Below are positions 36,958 to 45,879 of a DNA stretch of 64,000 bases, piece by piece; the first letter of the stretch is position 1; every line of letters begins with the position of its first letter. Position numbers and translations under genes: made by a program. The notes under the pieces are model-generated. The model ran no database searches. It had not been told where the DNA came from and saw nothing but the letters and a program-made list of their open reading frames with translations. This DNA is from Candidatus Poseidoniaceae archaeon (GTDB taxonomy: Archaea; Thermoplasmatota; Poseidoniia; Poseidoniales; Poseidoniaceae): contig CBFIJH010000003.1 of NCBI GenBank assembly GCA_965662895.1, positions 61,150 through 125,149 on the forward strand, given 5' to 3'.

Positions 36958-39900
36958 CACAGGTCCAAATCATCCAACAGGTCGGAGAGATTTGTGGTCT
37001 GTGCAGATGTTGTAGTCATTGAAGATGTCGGTTGATATGTAGGTGCAGGTGCTCGATTTGCGGCGAGGTATTGCTCTCCATAGTATGCCCATTGTTCCAT
37101 TGTCCATCCCGTTGGCAATCCCGTTGCTGGAAGCGGTGGGCCTTGATTCGTGGTCGGTTGTGGTGGTTGCACCGCTGGTTCGGGTTGGATTTGCGCTTGG
37201 GGTTGTGCAGGTTGCTCATAGGCTGGCATCTCTTCTGGCGAATAGCTGGGCAATGGAGTTGAATCCCATGCTTTGGTTGAAGGTGTTTCGAGGATTTCGG
37301 GTTGAGCGCGACGAGTGATGAGGAGGAATGAGGCCAAAACGAGAACCAACCCAATCAAACTGAGGATGACAATCGACATGGTCGGTGAAACTCCCAGCGT
37401 TTCGCTGAATTCTTCAAGGAAACCTTCTGCTGGTGGTTCAGCGACTTGGATAATGAGCGTCTTCGTATCCATCGACAGGTCATCATCGGTAATTGTAAGA
37501 TTGATGGTCCACGTTCCAGCGGGCAAATCGGTAATCGACACCGATGGACCAGTCTCTCCAAGATCTTGCTCGCCTCGCCATTCAAACTTCCACACATAGA
37601 GCATGTTGAGCAAATCCGAATCCGAATCGTTGGTACCCATTGAGGTCAGATTGAGGGTGTCGCCTTCAATCAGGTTGTCAAGTGAACCTTCCATGTACGA
37701 TATGTTCGCTCTAGGAAGTTTGTTGTCGACTTTCACCACAGCAGAGATTGAAGCCATTGCTCCGTCATCATCCATGACCCAAGCCGTAACTGTGCGGTAC
37801 TTGGGCACACTTGTTTCCCAAGTGTATTCAAAATGTGTTCCAGTTACATCGCAATCGTTGTTCATTGTTCCATCCAGATCTGCATCACGTGTTCCATCAA
37901 TATCCCAACATACTTCCAAGCTTTCTTTGTCCGATGGTGTGTCGTCAACGGTGACATCGAAAACAACACGATCGTCCTCAAGCACTGGTAGTCCGTCAAG
38001 TCGGTCTACAGCATTTTTGAAATTTGGCTGAGCAGTTATTGTAGGTGCAACGTTTTCGATGGTTACCTTTGCAAGCGAGGTCGATGAGGTTGCCCCATCA
38101 TCATCGACAGCGCGAACTGAAACGATGTGCTCTCCAGAGATGGGCCACGAGGTTGCAACATCCGATGCAGAGCCATCGGTCGATGCTGTCAGATTCTCGA
38201 GTACATCGCTGAGATTCCAGTCGATGATAAGGCCATCACGGTCGCTGAGTGTATCCTCTCCCTGAGCGCGTAAAATTACGGTTTGGTCTTCCTGAAGAAC
38301 CCACGTTCCATTGGCATCAAAGGGGGTGTTAACACCGGCAATCCAAACTTCAATCTCTCCAATTGTTGGAGCCACGTTAAGGACCTGAATCGATGAGATC
38401 ACTTCGGTTTCTTCTCCGTCATCGTCGGTCGCAATCGCCCGAATTGGCATCGTTCCCTCTTGCATCGGTGTGAATGTACACGTCGGTTGCGTGAGTCCCT
38501 CCAAGCAATTGAGGTCCGGCCAAGATACACTGACTTGCTGGCCAGATGGAGATGAAGTATCAAGATCGCCACTATCGGTTGCATCGATGGTGATCGAAGA
38601 TTCCACAGCAACTTCTGCTGAGTGGTTCAAATTGATGTATGGCGCTCGGTTGAGAATCGTAACATTGGTCACCAAAACAGTCGAGTCGAGTTCATCGTCG
38701 GTGACAACGGTGCGTAGTTCCCAATCCCCATTGTCTGACCAGTTCCAATACATGGAGCAATCGGGTGTGGTGATGACATCTATGAGTCCAGGTCTGGATT
38801 CAATTTCGAACCGGCATTCAACATCTCCACCATCTGGGTCAAATGAGGAACTAGCATCGATAAAGACATCTTGGAACGTGTAGTTTCCAGTGTCGATGGA
38901 GATGGAGGCATTCGGTGCTCGTCCGATGAAGATATCAATCTCAGCCTGATTGTTGCTTCGATTTGCATCACCTGCAACGAGTTCATCAGGATCGACCGTG
39001 AAGGTCAATGTCTGGTTGCCGATGGTTGCACCTTCAGGAACCGTCCAATCAATCTCAATTCGTTGTTCACTGTATGCATCAATGGAAGGAACCGCTTGAC
39101 GGCTTGAATCGCCATCGGGTACGACAATTTCCATTTCTGTTGAAGGAGATGGCAGGACCCCTCGATTTTGTGCTGGTAATGAGAAACTGAGTTGGTCGCC
39201 GGGAAGTGCATTGTACCCAATGGATTTCGAAAGGGTTGCAACTTCTCCATCACGAGTTCGAGTGACAATGATCGAATCTTCCTGAGCCACGAGATCGATA
39301 CCAACAACCGATAGGTCGATGACCACGGTTGCGACCCCGATAATTTCCTGTACCGGGTCCCACACTATGACGCCATTGCTGCTGAAGTCATCACTGGCGT
39401 TTGTATCGTCCGTGACGTTTGATACGTTGATGGACTCCTCAATTTGACCACTTCCGTTCGTGATTGGATTGACAAGTGTTCCCGCCATTTCATATCGCAA
39501 TTGCAAATTCTTGTTCACTTCAGGAATGCCGTTTGGAGCGACAGCATAGGTCGCATAAATCTTCGACATTGAATCGGGCAGTGTAGCAATAAACTGGGTT
39601 TCAACTTCAATATCGACGTTCCTTGATCCTGGACTTTTTCGTTTGTCGACACTAAACGAATCAACGGGTTCGTAGTCCTTAAGCAACCAATCGATTGTAA
39701 ATCCAGCCGAGTTTGAAATCCGAATCCATGAATTAAATCGCACTGCTGGACAGTACCAGTTGAATCCTGAACTTACACCGGTTTCATTCCATTCGTTGAT
39801 TTTGTAGGAATCATCGCACCCCTCATACAGAATGTTCTTGCCGTCTTCAGTTGGTATTCCATCCGTTGTAACCTGCCAGGAATTGTTCTCTGCAGCTTCT

Positions 39901-40556
39901 GTATCGAACTCCGTAGGGTCAAAGTAACTTGATGATCCGGTTACAGTGGTTCCGGACATGAATGGCATGTACCACTGGTCTCCTGTTCGAAGGGGGAAAT
40001 CATACCGCTCTTTCGGGGGGTCATAATACGTATCGAAATTGATTGTACCAATGTTTTGGGTCAGGAAGCCAAGGTTGAATGGAGCAAAATCGACATCAAG
40101 TTCAAACTCCGAATTGATGACCGCCTGGTCTCGAACCCGAATAATGTCCTCTCCTTGGTAATCAATGCTGAGTCGACCAGTTACCCCTTCTAGGGTTGCA
40201 CCACTGTTACCAGATGAGAATGAACCTTCGATTTTCAGTTTGTACGCCAGAGTTTGAACTCCATCAACTGCGATGAAGAAGATATCTTCGACTTCGTACA
40301 CAGTGTCTCCCGTGAGGGTGTTAAGACTCGCAGATACATTCGCTTGGGCAATGAGCTGGGCGACATCAAATTGCGTTTCATAGGTCCATTTGTCTCCAAT
40401 TCTCCAACTTTGGACATCCGTCGAACTTCCTGCACCTGAGGATTCGTACACCGTATCAGGACGTTCGAGGAGCGTTTGCTCTTGAGCGACAAGATGCGTC
40501 AAACTGGAAAAAGTGAGAAGAAACAGAACCAACGTTGCAACAAAACGGTTCGCCAT
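36957..40556 (-). CDS. Large secreted PKD/CARDB repeat protein with C-terminal TM and conserved cytoplasmic tail (paralog 1)
   Basis: Signal peptide, WRIGDKWTY domain, repeated (V/T)DDDG strands, TM segment, and GPPLPATGLPTGWTMEQWAYYGEQYL. Confidence 0.85.
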   Translation of the reverse strand: MANRFVATLVLFLLTFSSLTHLVAQEQTLLERPDTVYESSGAGSSTDVQSWRIGDKWTYETQFDVAQLIAQANVSASLNTLTGDTVYEVEDIFFIAVDGVQTLAYKLKIEGSFSSGNSGATLEGVTGRLSIDYQGEDIIRVRDQAVINSEFELDVDFAPFNLGFLTQNIGTINFDTYYDPPKERYDFPLRTGDQWYMPFMSGTTVTGSSSYFDPTEFDTEAAENNSWQVTTDGIPTEDGKNILYEGCDDSYKINEWNETGVSSGFNWYCPAVRFNSWIRISNSAGFTIDWLLKDYEPVDSFSVDKRKSPGSRNVDIEVETQFIATLPDSMSKIYATYAVAPNGIPEVNKNLQLRYEMAGTLVNPITNGSGQIEESINVSNVTDDTNASDDFSSNGVIVWDPVQEIIGVATVVIDLSVVGIDLVAQEDSIIVTRTRDGEVATLSKSIGYNALPGDQLSFSLPAQNRGVLPSPSTEMEIVVPDGDSSRQAVPSIDAYSEQRIEIDWTVPEGATIGNQTLTFTVDPDELVAGDANRSNNQAEIDIFIGRAPNASISIDTGNYTFQDVFIDASSSFDPDGGDVECRFEIESRPGLIDVITTPDCSMYWNWSDNGDWELRTVVTDDELDSTVLVTNVTILNRAPYINLNHSAEVAVESSITIDATDSGDLDTSSPSGQQVSVSWPDLNCLEGLTQPTCTFTPMQEGTMPIRAIATDDDGEETEVISSIQVLNVAPTIGEIEVWIAGVNTPFDANGTWVLQEDQTVILRAQGEDTLSDRDGLIIDWNLSDVLENLTASTDGSASDVATSWPISGEHIVSVRAVDDDGATSSTSLAKVTIENVAPTITAQPNFKNAVDRLDGLPVLEDDRVVFDVTVDDTPSDKESLEVCWDIDGTRDADLDGTMNNDCDVTGTHFEYTWETSVPKYRTVTAWVMDDDGAMASISAVVKVDNKLPRANISYMEGSLDNLIEGDTLNLTSMGTNDSDSDLLNMLYVWKFEWRGEQDLGETGPSVSITDLPAGTWTINLTITDDDLSMDTKTLIIQVAEPPAEGFLEEFSETLGVSPTMSIVILSLIGLVLVLASFLLITRRAQPEILETPSTKAWDSTPLPSYSPEEMPAYEQPAQPQAQIQPEPAVQPPQPTTNQGPPLPATGLPTGWTMEQWAYYGEQYLAANRAPAPTYQPTSSMTTTSAQTTNLSDLLDDLDL

Positions 40557-40580
40557 AGTCAAGTCTTGCCTCTCTTGTAC

Positions 40581-43500
40581 TTAGGAATTGTCAACTTGTG
40601 AGTCCAACCACTGTTGGCCATAATGTTCCCATTGCTCGGTCGTCCATCCCTGTGGTAAGCCTGATTGAGGAAGAGGTGGTCCAGATGAAGTTGAATTTTG
40701 AGAACTTAACGCGTCGAAGGCACCTTGAACAGGTGGGTCTTGAGGGCGATTCCTTCGTGCTGAGATTTCATGAGGCATCAAACCAACCTCCTCATCACTG
40801 AAAATCGCATTTTGTTGTTCATCGAGTCGATTCATTGCTCGCTGGTGACGACCAGATCGCCGCTTTCGCGTCACGAGACCGAGCGTGAGCATCATGAAGG
40901 CGAGGAGTGAAAGTTGGAGAATTGGGTTGGCTTCTTCGCCGACCAGTGCAGCGCTCAAATCCTCAACGATTGTTCGCTCAGGAGCCCCTATTTCCACATT
41001 GATTGTTCGCGTTCCAGGCCGTTCGGGATTCTCATCCCATGCCATGACGCGAATGGAGTATGTTCCTTGTTTCTTGAACACGTGCTCGATTTGCTTTCCG
41101 ACTTTATCTGCATCATTGTCTTTGATTCCATCGCCGTTGCTGTCGGTCATGGTATCCAAATCCCACACAACGGTGATGAGATCAAGGTCGTTCAACGAAT
41201 CAATTGTTCCCGTCGCATCAAGGACACAGGTTTCCAGTGCATTGCAAACAATATCCTTCGTTCGAACGATTGGAGGGATGTTGAGGACTTCGACGGTGAG
41301 AACTTGACTCACCCGTACTCCATCATCATCCGTGACATGATAGATGACGGTATGCGAACCACTGGTGTTCCAATGCCAAACAAGTTCATCGCCCTTGACA
41401 TCGCAGTCATCATCTGCCCCACCGATGTCGTTTGAGTCACGCCCAGGATCAACATCCCAACAGCGAATCAATGAATCATAGTCCGATGGCGTATCGGTTG
41501 CGTTCCCAATCAATCGAATTTCTTCACCTTCAGCAAGAGGTAACACTTCTTCAAGAGGTTGAACAACAGGAGGCACGTTTGCAACGCTCACCCATCGTTC
41601 GTATGTTCCACTGCTCGCCCCATCCGTATCACTGACCTCAAGCCGCATACGATGCAGTCCTGAGGTTTCCCACATCATTTCAAATTCAGAGACTCGACCA
41701 TCGAAGGTTTTGATCAGGTTTGGTTGTGCATCATCCGGCCACCAGCGATGTTTCAAGCCATCCAAGTCATCGATTGAATCCAAGGCTTGACCACGTAGCG
41801 TGACGATTTGATCTTCTTCAACGTGCCACGTTTGTTGCACATCTAGAGGAATCGAGCCACTTTCGTTCGTCATGGTAACCGACAAGCCATGCGGATCAAT
41901 GTTGGTAAATTGGATGTCAATGCTGGCCATTGTCATGGCACTGTCATCATCGACGCCAACTGCCTGGAAGGTGTGCCATCCTTCAGTGGGTGCAGTTGTG
42001 GTGCACACCCGAGTGTAGTACCCTTCCTCACAGATTGCATTTGGCCAATACACATCAACGACTCCGGGAAAAGGATCCTCTGAGTCTGTATCGTTGGCGT
42101 AAGCATAGAGTGTGACTGGATGTTCAACTTTAACTTCATTTCGAGCACTCACAACTTCAATGTTCGGTGCTCGATTGAGAACAACGACATCAAGAACAGT
42201 TTCAATCTCATCCTGCTCTTCGTCGGTAATGGTGACTTCAATTGGATATTCTCCATCATTTGTCCAGGTCCAGTTGAGCATGCAATCAATCGATTCAACA
42301 CGCGTCACGGCAGAAGTACGGGTACCATCGTACCAAGGAATGTTGAATGAGCATGAGACGTTTCCTCCGTCCTCGTCGAAACTCCCTGAAGCATTGATCA
42401 AGGTTTCAACATTGGTGTACACTTCGATAGGCTCGAGAACAGCAGTGGGCAAGCGCCCAACGAACAATTGGATTTCTCCGAGATCGTTGTTCGAATTTGC
42501 ATCCCCTGTATTGACTTTCAAGGGATCGGCTTCCCACTGGATTGGGACATAGCCAATCGGTGCGTCAACAGGAACGGTCCAAGTGAAATTTACCTTGTGT
42601 GATTCGTACGTTGAAAGCGATGGAAGGAAAAGGTCGAAACTGGAGCCGTCTGGATGATAGATGCGCAGGTCGGATGGTGTTGAGGCTGTAATTCCGCGAT
42701 TGACGACAGCAACCTCGACGGTGAGGTTATCACCTGGTAGGACATTGTAACCCGAAAGAGTGCTGACTGTACTGACAACACCGCTTCTGTTTCGAATCAC
42801 AACGGCACGATCTTCATCTGCAATCAAATCCAAGCCAACAAGATACTCATCGAGCGTAACTGTCGCTGCACCAACAAAATTTCCAGCCTTTGCAATGACG
42901 CCATGGCTTGCCCAATCGGTGTTTGTTGCAGAATAATCACTACTGTTTCCAGAATCAAATATTGTGTTCAATGAGCCGTTTGAGGCTGTGTTTAGCGTGG
43001 TTGACGTGCCGTCGTATACCACTTCGACGGCAACTCCATCGACGGTTGCATAACACGACGGACTCAAGTGAACCCAGACCTCAAACGGGGAATCGAGTGC
43101 GGTAAGGGAACGTTCGGGCACGACATCAACACACGTAGGGCGATTGCCTGGAGCGCTGTTGCTTTCCACATCCGTGGCTCCCACTGGAAGGTATTGCTTT
43201 AGTCGAAAATCAATGGTCAGTCCAACATCCTCCTCAGCATGACGCCAAGCGTAGTTGTTCACTGCAGGACAATACCATCGGTAACCGGTTGAAACACCAT
43301 CGGAGTTCCATGATGTTAGCTCATACGAAGAATCACATCCGCTGTAAGCGATACCTGCCCCGATTGCATTCCGTGGTTGTCCAATCTTTGTGACCTCCCA
43401 TGTCGTCGTATTCGTGTCTGTTTCGGGCGGTGGAAAGGGCGTGATGTAGTCACTTTGACCCGACCATTGCGACGAAGCGGTTGTTAGCGAAGTCCATCGC

Positions 43501-44081
43501 TCACCGTATCGGAGTGGGAAATCATAGGCTTCGGTTGCCGGGCTGTATTCGTTTGTAATGGTGATGTCTCCAAGGATTTGGGTCAATGACCCAATTCCGT
43601 AAGGAATGAACTTGATGTACAAATCGAGATCGTTCTTGACCGTTGCAAAATCACTTACCCGAAGATATTCGGTTTGTGTAAATTTAATTTCCGCATTTCC
43701 GGTGAACCCTTCAAGTTCAACACCGCTCTTATCGAAATCCGCAGACATGCGAAGTTTGTAGACCCATTCTGTACGATTGTCGAATTCAAGTTCAAGAAGA
43801 TCGATGACTTCTGCAGTCGAATCTCCACGAATTTCACCAACATTGGCTGATACACCGGTGTCTGTTATGAGAATGGATGGGTCGAAGGTTCCTGAGTAAA
43901 TCCATTTGTCACCAACCCTCCAGGTTGGTAAATCGGTGACACCAGGGTCAGCACCACTTTGGTGAATTTTTTCTTCATCAACAAGCTGGGTATGATGCTC
44001 AATCATTGGAATTTGACCAAACCCGAGCATCAACCCAAGCACGAGCAGGGTCAACACACGTGGTTTGAGCTGTCCGCCCAT
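40581..44081 (-). CDS. Large secreted PKD/CARDB repeat protein with C-terminal TM and conserved cytoplasmic tail (paralog 2)
   Basis: Same architecture (WRVGDKWIY...GPPLPQSGLPQGWTTEQWEHYGQQWL). The ATG at 44081 has TTGATG at -29. Confidence 0.85.
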   Translation of the reverse strand: MGGQLKPRVLTLLVLGLMLGFGQIPMIEHHTQLVDEEKIHQSGADPGVTDLPTWRVGDKWIYSGTFDPSILITDTGVSANVGEIRGDSTAEVIDLLELEFDNRTEWVYKLRMSADFDKSGVELEGFTGNAEIKFTQTEYLRVSDFATVKNDLDLYIKFIPYGIGSLTQILGDITITNEYSPATEAYDFPLRYGERWTSLTTASSQWSGQSDYITPFPPPETDTNTTTWEVTKIGQPRNAIGAGIAYSGCDSSYELTSWNSDGVSTGYRWYCPAVNNYAWRHAEEDVGLTIDFRLKQYLPVGATDVESNSAPGNRPTCVDVVPERSLTALDSPFEVWVHLSPSCYATVDGVAVEVVYDGTSTTLNTASNGSLNTIFDSGNSSDYSATNTDWASHGVIAKAGNFVGAATVTLDEYLVGLDLIADEDRAVVIRNRSGVVSTVSTLSGYNVLPGDNLTVEVAVVNRGITASTPSDLRIYHPDGSSFDLFLPSLSTYESHKVNFTWTVPVDAPIGYVPIQWEADPLKVNTGDANSNNDLGEIQLFVGRLPTAVLEPIEVYTNVETLINASGSFDEDGGNVSCSFNIPWYDGTRTSAVTRVESIDCMLNWTWTNDGEYPIEVTITDEEQDEIETVLDVVVLNRAPNIEVVSARNEVKVEHPVTLYAYANDTDSEDPFPGVVDVYWPNAICEEGYYTRVCTTTAPTEGWHTFQAVGVDDDSAMTMASIDIQFTNIDPHGLSVTMTNESGSIPLDVQQTWHVEEDQIVTLRGQALDSIDDLDGLKHRWWPDDAQPNLIKTFDGRVSEFEMMWETSGLHRMRLEVSDTDGASSGTYERWVSVANVPPVVQPLEEVLPLAEGEEIRLIGNATDTPSDYDSLIRCWDVDPGRDSNDIGGADDDCDVKGDELVWHWNTSGSHTVIYHVTDDDGVRVSQVLTVEVLNIPPIVRTKDIVCNALETCVLDATGTIDSLNDLDLITVVWDLDTMTDSNGDGIKDNDADKVGKQIEHVFKKQGTYSIRVMAWDENPERPGTRTINVEIGAPERTIVEDLSAALVGEEANPILQLSLLAFMMLTLGLVTRKRRSGRHQRAMNRLDEQQNAIFSDEEVGLMPHEISARRNRPQDPPVQGAFDALSSQNSTSSGPPLPQSGLPQGWTTEQWEHYGQQWLDSQVDNS

Positions 44082-44126
44082 GCTGACGCTTTTCTGTTCT
44101 TGCACATCAAAGGTGCGATGAAGGGC

Positions 44127-44741
44127 TCACAGAAGGTCTGCTAGTTCGTCTTTGATGATTTCAACTGCTTCCAAGATTTCGTCCTTGTGGCGAGCACCGG
44201 TAATGACCATTTTACCGCTGCCGAAAATGAGACAGACAACCTTGGGGTAATCGAGTCGATAGATAAGTCCGGGGAATTGTTCTGGCTCGTACTCGACTTT
44301 GTCGAACGGAAGATGGAATGTGAGATTGTTGAGGTTCAACTTACGTGGTTCTCCAGCAAGTGGTGCGCCAGTGAACTTGTCGTTTCCATCGTAATCTTCA
44401 GGGTAATGTAGTGCGTAGGTTGCAACCATATTTTGGACTTCGATTTCAACATCTTTGAGATCCCAGGTGGTGATTCCTGCAGCACGTAGGTCCTTGATCA
44501 TGCGATCGATACCTGTGTGAATGTTGTCCTCGTCTTTTCCTCCAGTACAGACGGCTCGTCCGGATCGGAACATGAGAATTGCGAGTTTAGGATCAGTAAC
44601 GCGGTAAACCACACCTGGGAATTGTTCAGGTTCGTACTCACAGTTGAGTTGAATTGCGATATCAGGGAGGTCGAGTTCTTCGGCTACACGGGTGCTTGCT
44701 ACGACATTGACAACAGTCAATCGCTCTTCATCGGTGGTCAT
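44127..44741 (-). CDS. tbp: TATA-box binding protein
   Basis: Two repeats of YEPEQFPG...F.SG..V.TG, with NVVAS and NMVAT. Confidence 0.97.
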   Translation of the reverse strand: MTTDEERLTVVNVVASTRVAEELDLPDIAIQLNCEYEPEQFPGVVYRVTDPKLAILMFRSGRAVCTGGKDEDNIHTGIDRMIKDLRAAGITTWDLKDVEIEVQNMVATYALHYPEDYDGNDKFTGAPLAGEPRKLNLNNLTFHLPFDKVEYEPEQFPGLIYRLDYPKVVCLIFGSGKMVITGARHKDEILEAVEIIKDELADLL

Positions 44742-44763
44742 GGGTTGCGGCTTTTCAACCGCA

Positions 44764-44772
44764 TATATAAAA
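44764..44772 (-). promoter_or_regulatory. Canonical TATA box of tbp (TTTTATATA)
   Basis: TTATAT begins 29 nt upstream of the tbp ATG. Confidence 0.75.
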
Positions 44773-44814
44773 GAGAGGCTATCTCTTTGATTGAATTCCT
44801 TTCAACAAAGGTTC

Positions 44815-45795
44815 TCAGATTATATGCTCGGCTCGCAATCCTTCTTGGTTGAAATGTGAAATAAACGCTCGACCACCTTCCATCTCAATGGCATCAACAG
44901 TTTGTTCCGGGTTTCTGGTCAATGCGATCATGCAACCTCCCCCTCCAGCACCGGTTAATTTTACGCCGAGACTTGATGGTGCAGCAGCCCGAATGAGTTG
45001 TTCAAGTTTGGGAGATGAAACGCCGAGTGATCGCAATACGATGTGATTTTCCGACATGGCTTGACCCACTGCTTCCATGTTTCCATCCTTGAGTGATTGA
45101 ATTCCTCTTCGTGCGATTGCACCAATCGTTTCAAGCTCAATTTGTCGTTCTGGATATTCTCGAATCAGATCAGCGACCTGTTGGACCATGGCCGATGTTG
45201 AACCATGAACGCCCGTGTTACCAATGACAAGAGCAACATCTTCCGGTATGCTGGCATCAAACGTATGCAAGTGCCACTGTTGCGTAGCACCATTGACTTG
45301 CATTGTCCGGGTTTCGATAAAATCGAGTCCCTCTTCAATGACATCGGAGAGGACGACAAAACCGCCAAACGAACTTGTTGCTGTGTCCATCGGGCTGGCA
45401 CGACCTCCTTGTGCTTCTGCTTCTGCGAAATGAGCAAGTTTGCTTGCTTCGAGGGGGTTGATTTCATCGCTCCGAATTTGCTGGAGAGCGCCACAAAGTG
45501 CAACCGAGAGGGCTGCTGATGAGCCAAGGCCAGATGCTTTCGGAATCGAACCTCTGATTCGAATATGGTGCGGTTGATTGCTCGAGGGCGGAAGTTGGTT
45601 GAGGATGTAGTCAATGTGCGGGTTTTTCTTGGGGTCGAACGCTCTTCCATCGAGACGCCACGCGTCAAATGTTTCCTCCCTCTCGACTTCAATGGTCATG
45701 CGTTGGTTGATGCTGCATGCCAAAGCAGGTTGGCCGTAAACGACGGCGTGTTCGCCGAAAAGAATACACTTCCCGGGTGCGCTTGCCTTGACCAT
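44815..45795 (-). CDS. mvk: Mevalonate kinase
   Basis: APGKCILFGEHAVVYG, PKASGLGSSAA, SPMD and KLTGAGGGG. True start MVKASAPGK at 45795. Confidence 0.95.
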   Translation of the reverse strand: MVKASAPGKCILFGEHAVVYGQPALACSINQRMTIEVEREETFDAWRLDGRAFDPKKNPHIDYILNQLPPSSNQPHHIRIRGSIPKASGLGSSAALSVALCGALQQIRSDEINPLEASKLAHFAEAEAQGGRASPMDTATSSFGGFVVLSDVIEEGLDFIETRTMQVNGATQQWHLHTFDASIPEDVALVIGNTGVHGSTSAMVQQVADLIREYPERQIELETIGAIARRGIQSLKDGNMEAVGQAMSENHIVLRSLGVSSPKLEQLIRAAAPSSLGVKLTGAGGGGCMIALTRNPEQTVDAIEMEGGRAFISHFNQEGLRAEHII

Positions 45796-45879
45796 GTCCG
45801 TTGCAAACCCACCTGAACCATTAGGATTGGTATTGGTTTCATCGTTGGGTTGAAGGATTGGATGTGTTTGGGTGGGTTC

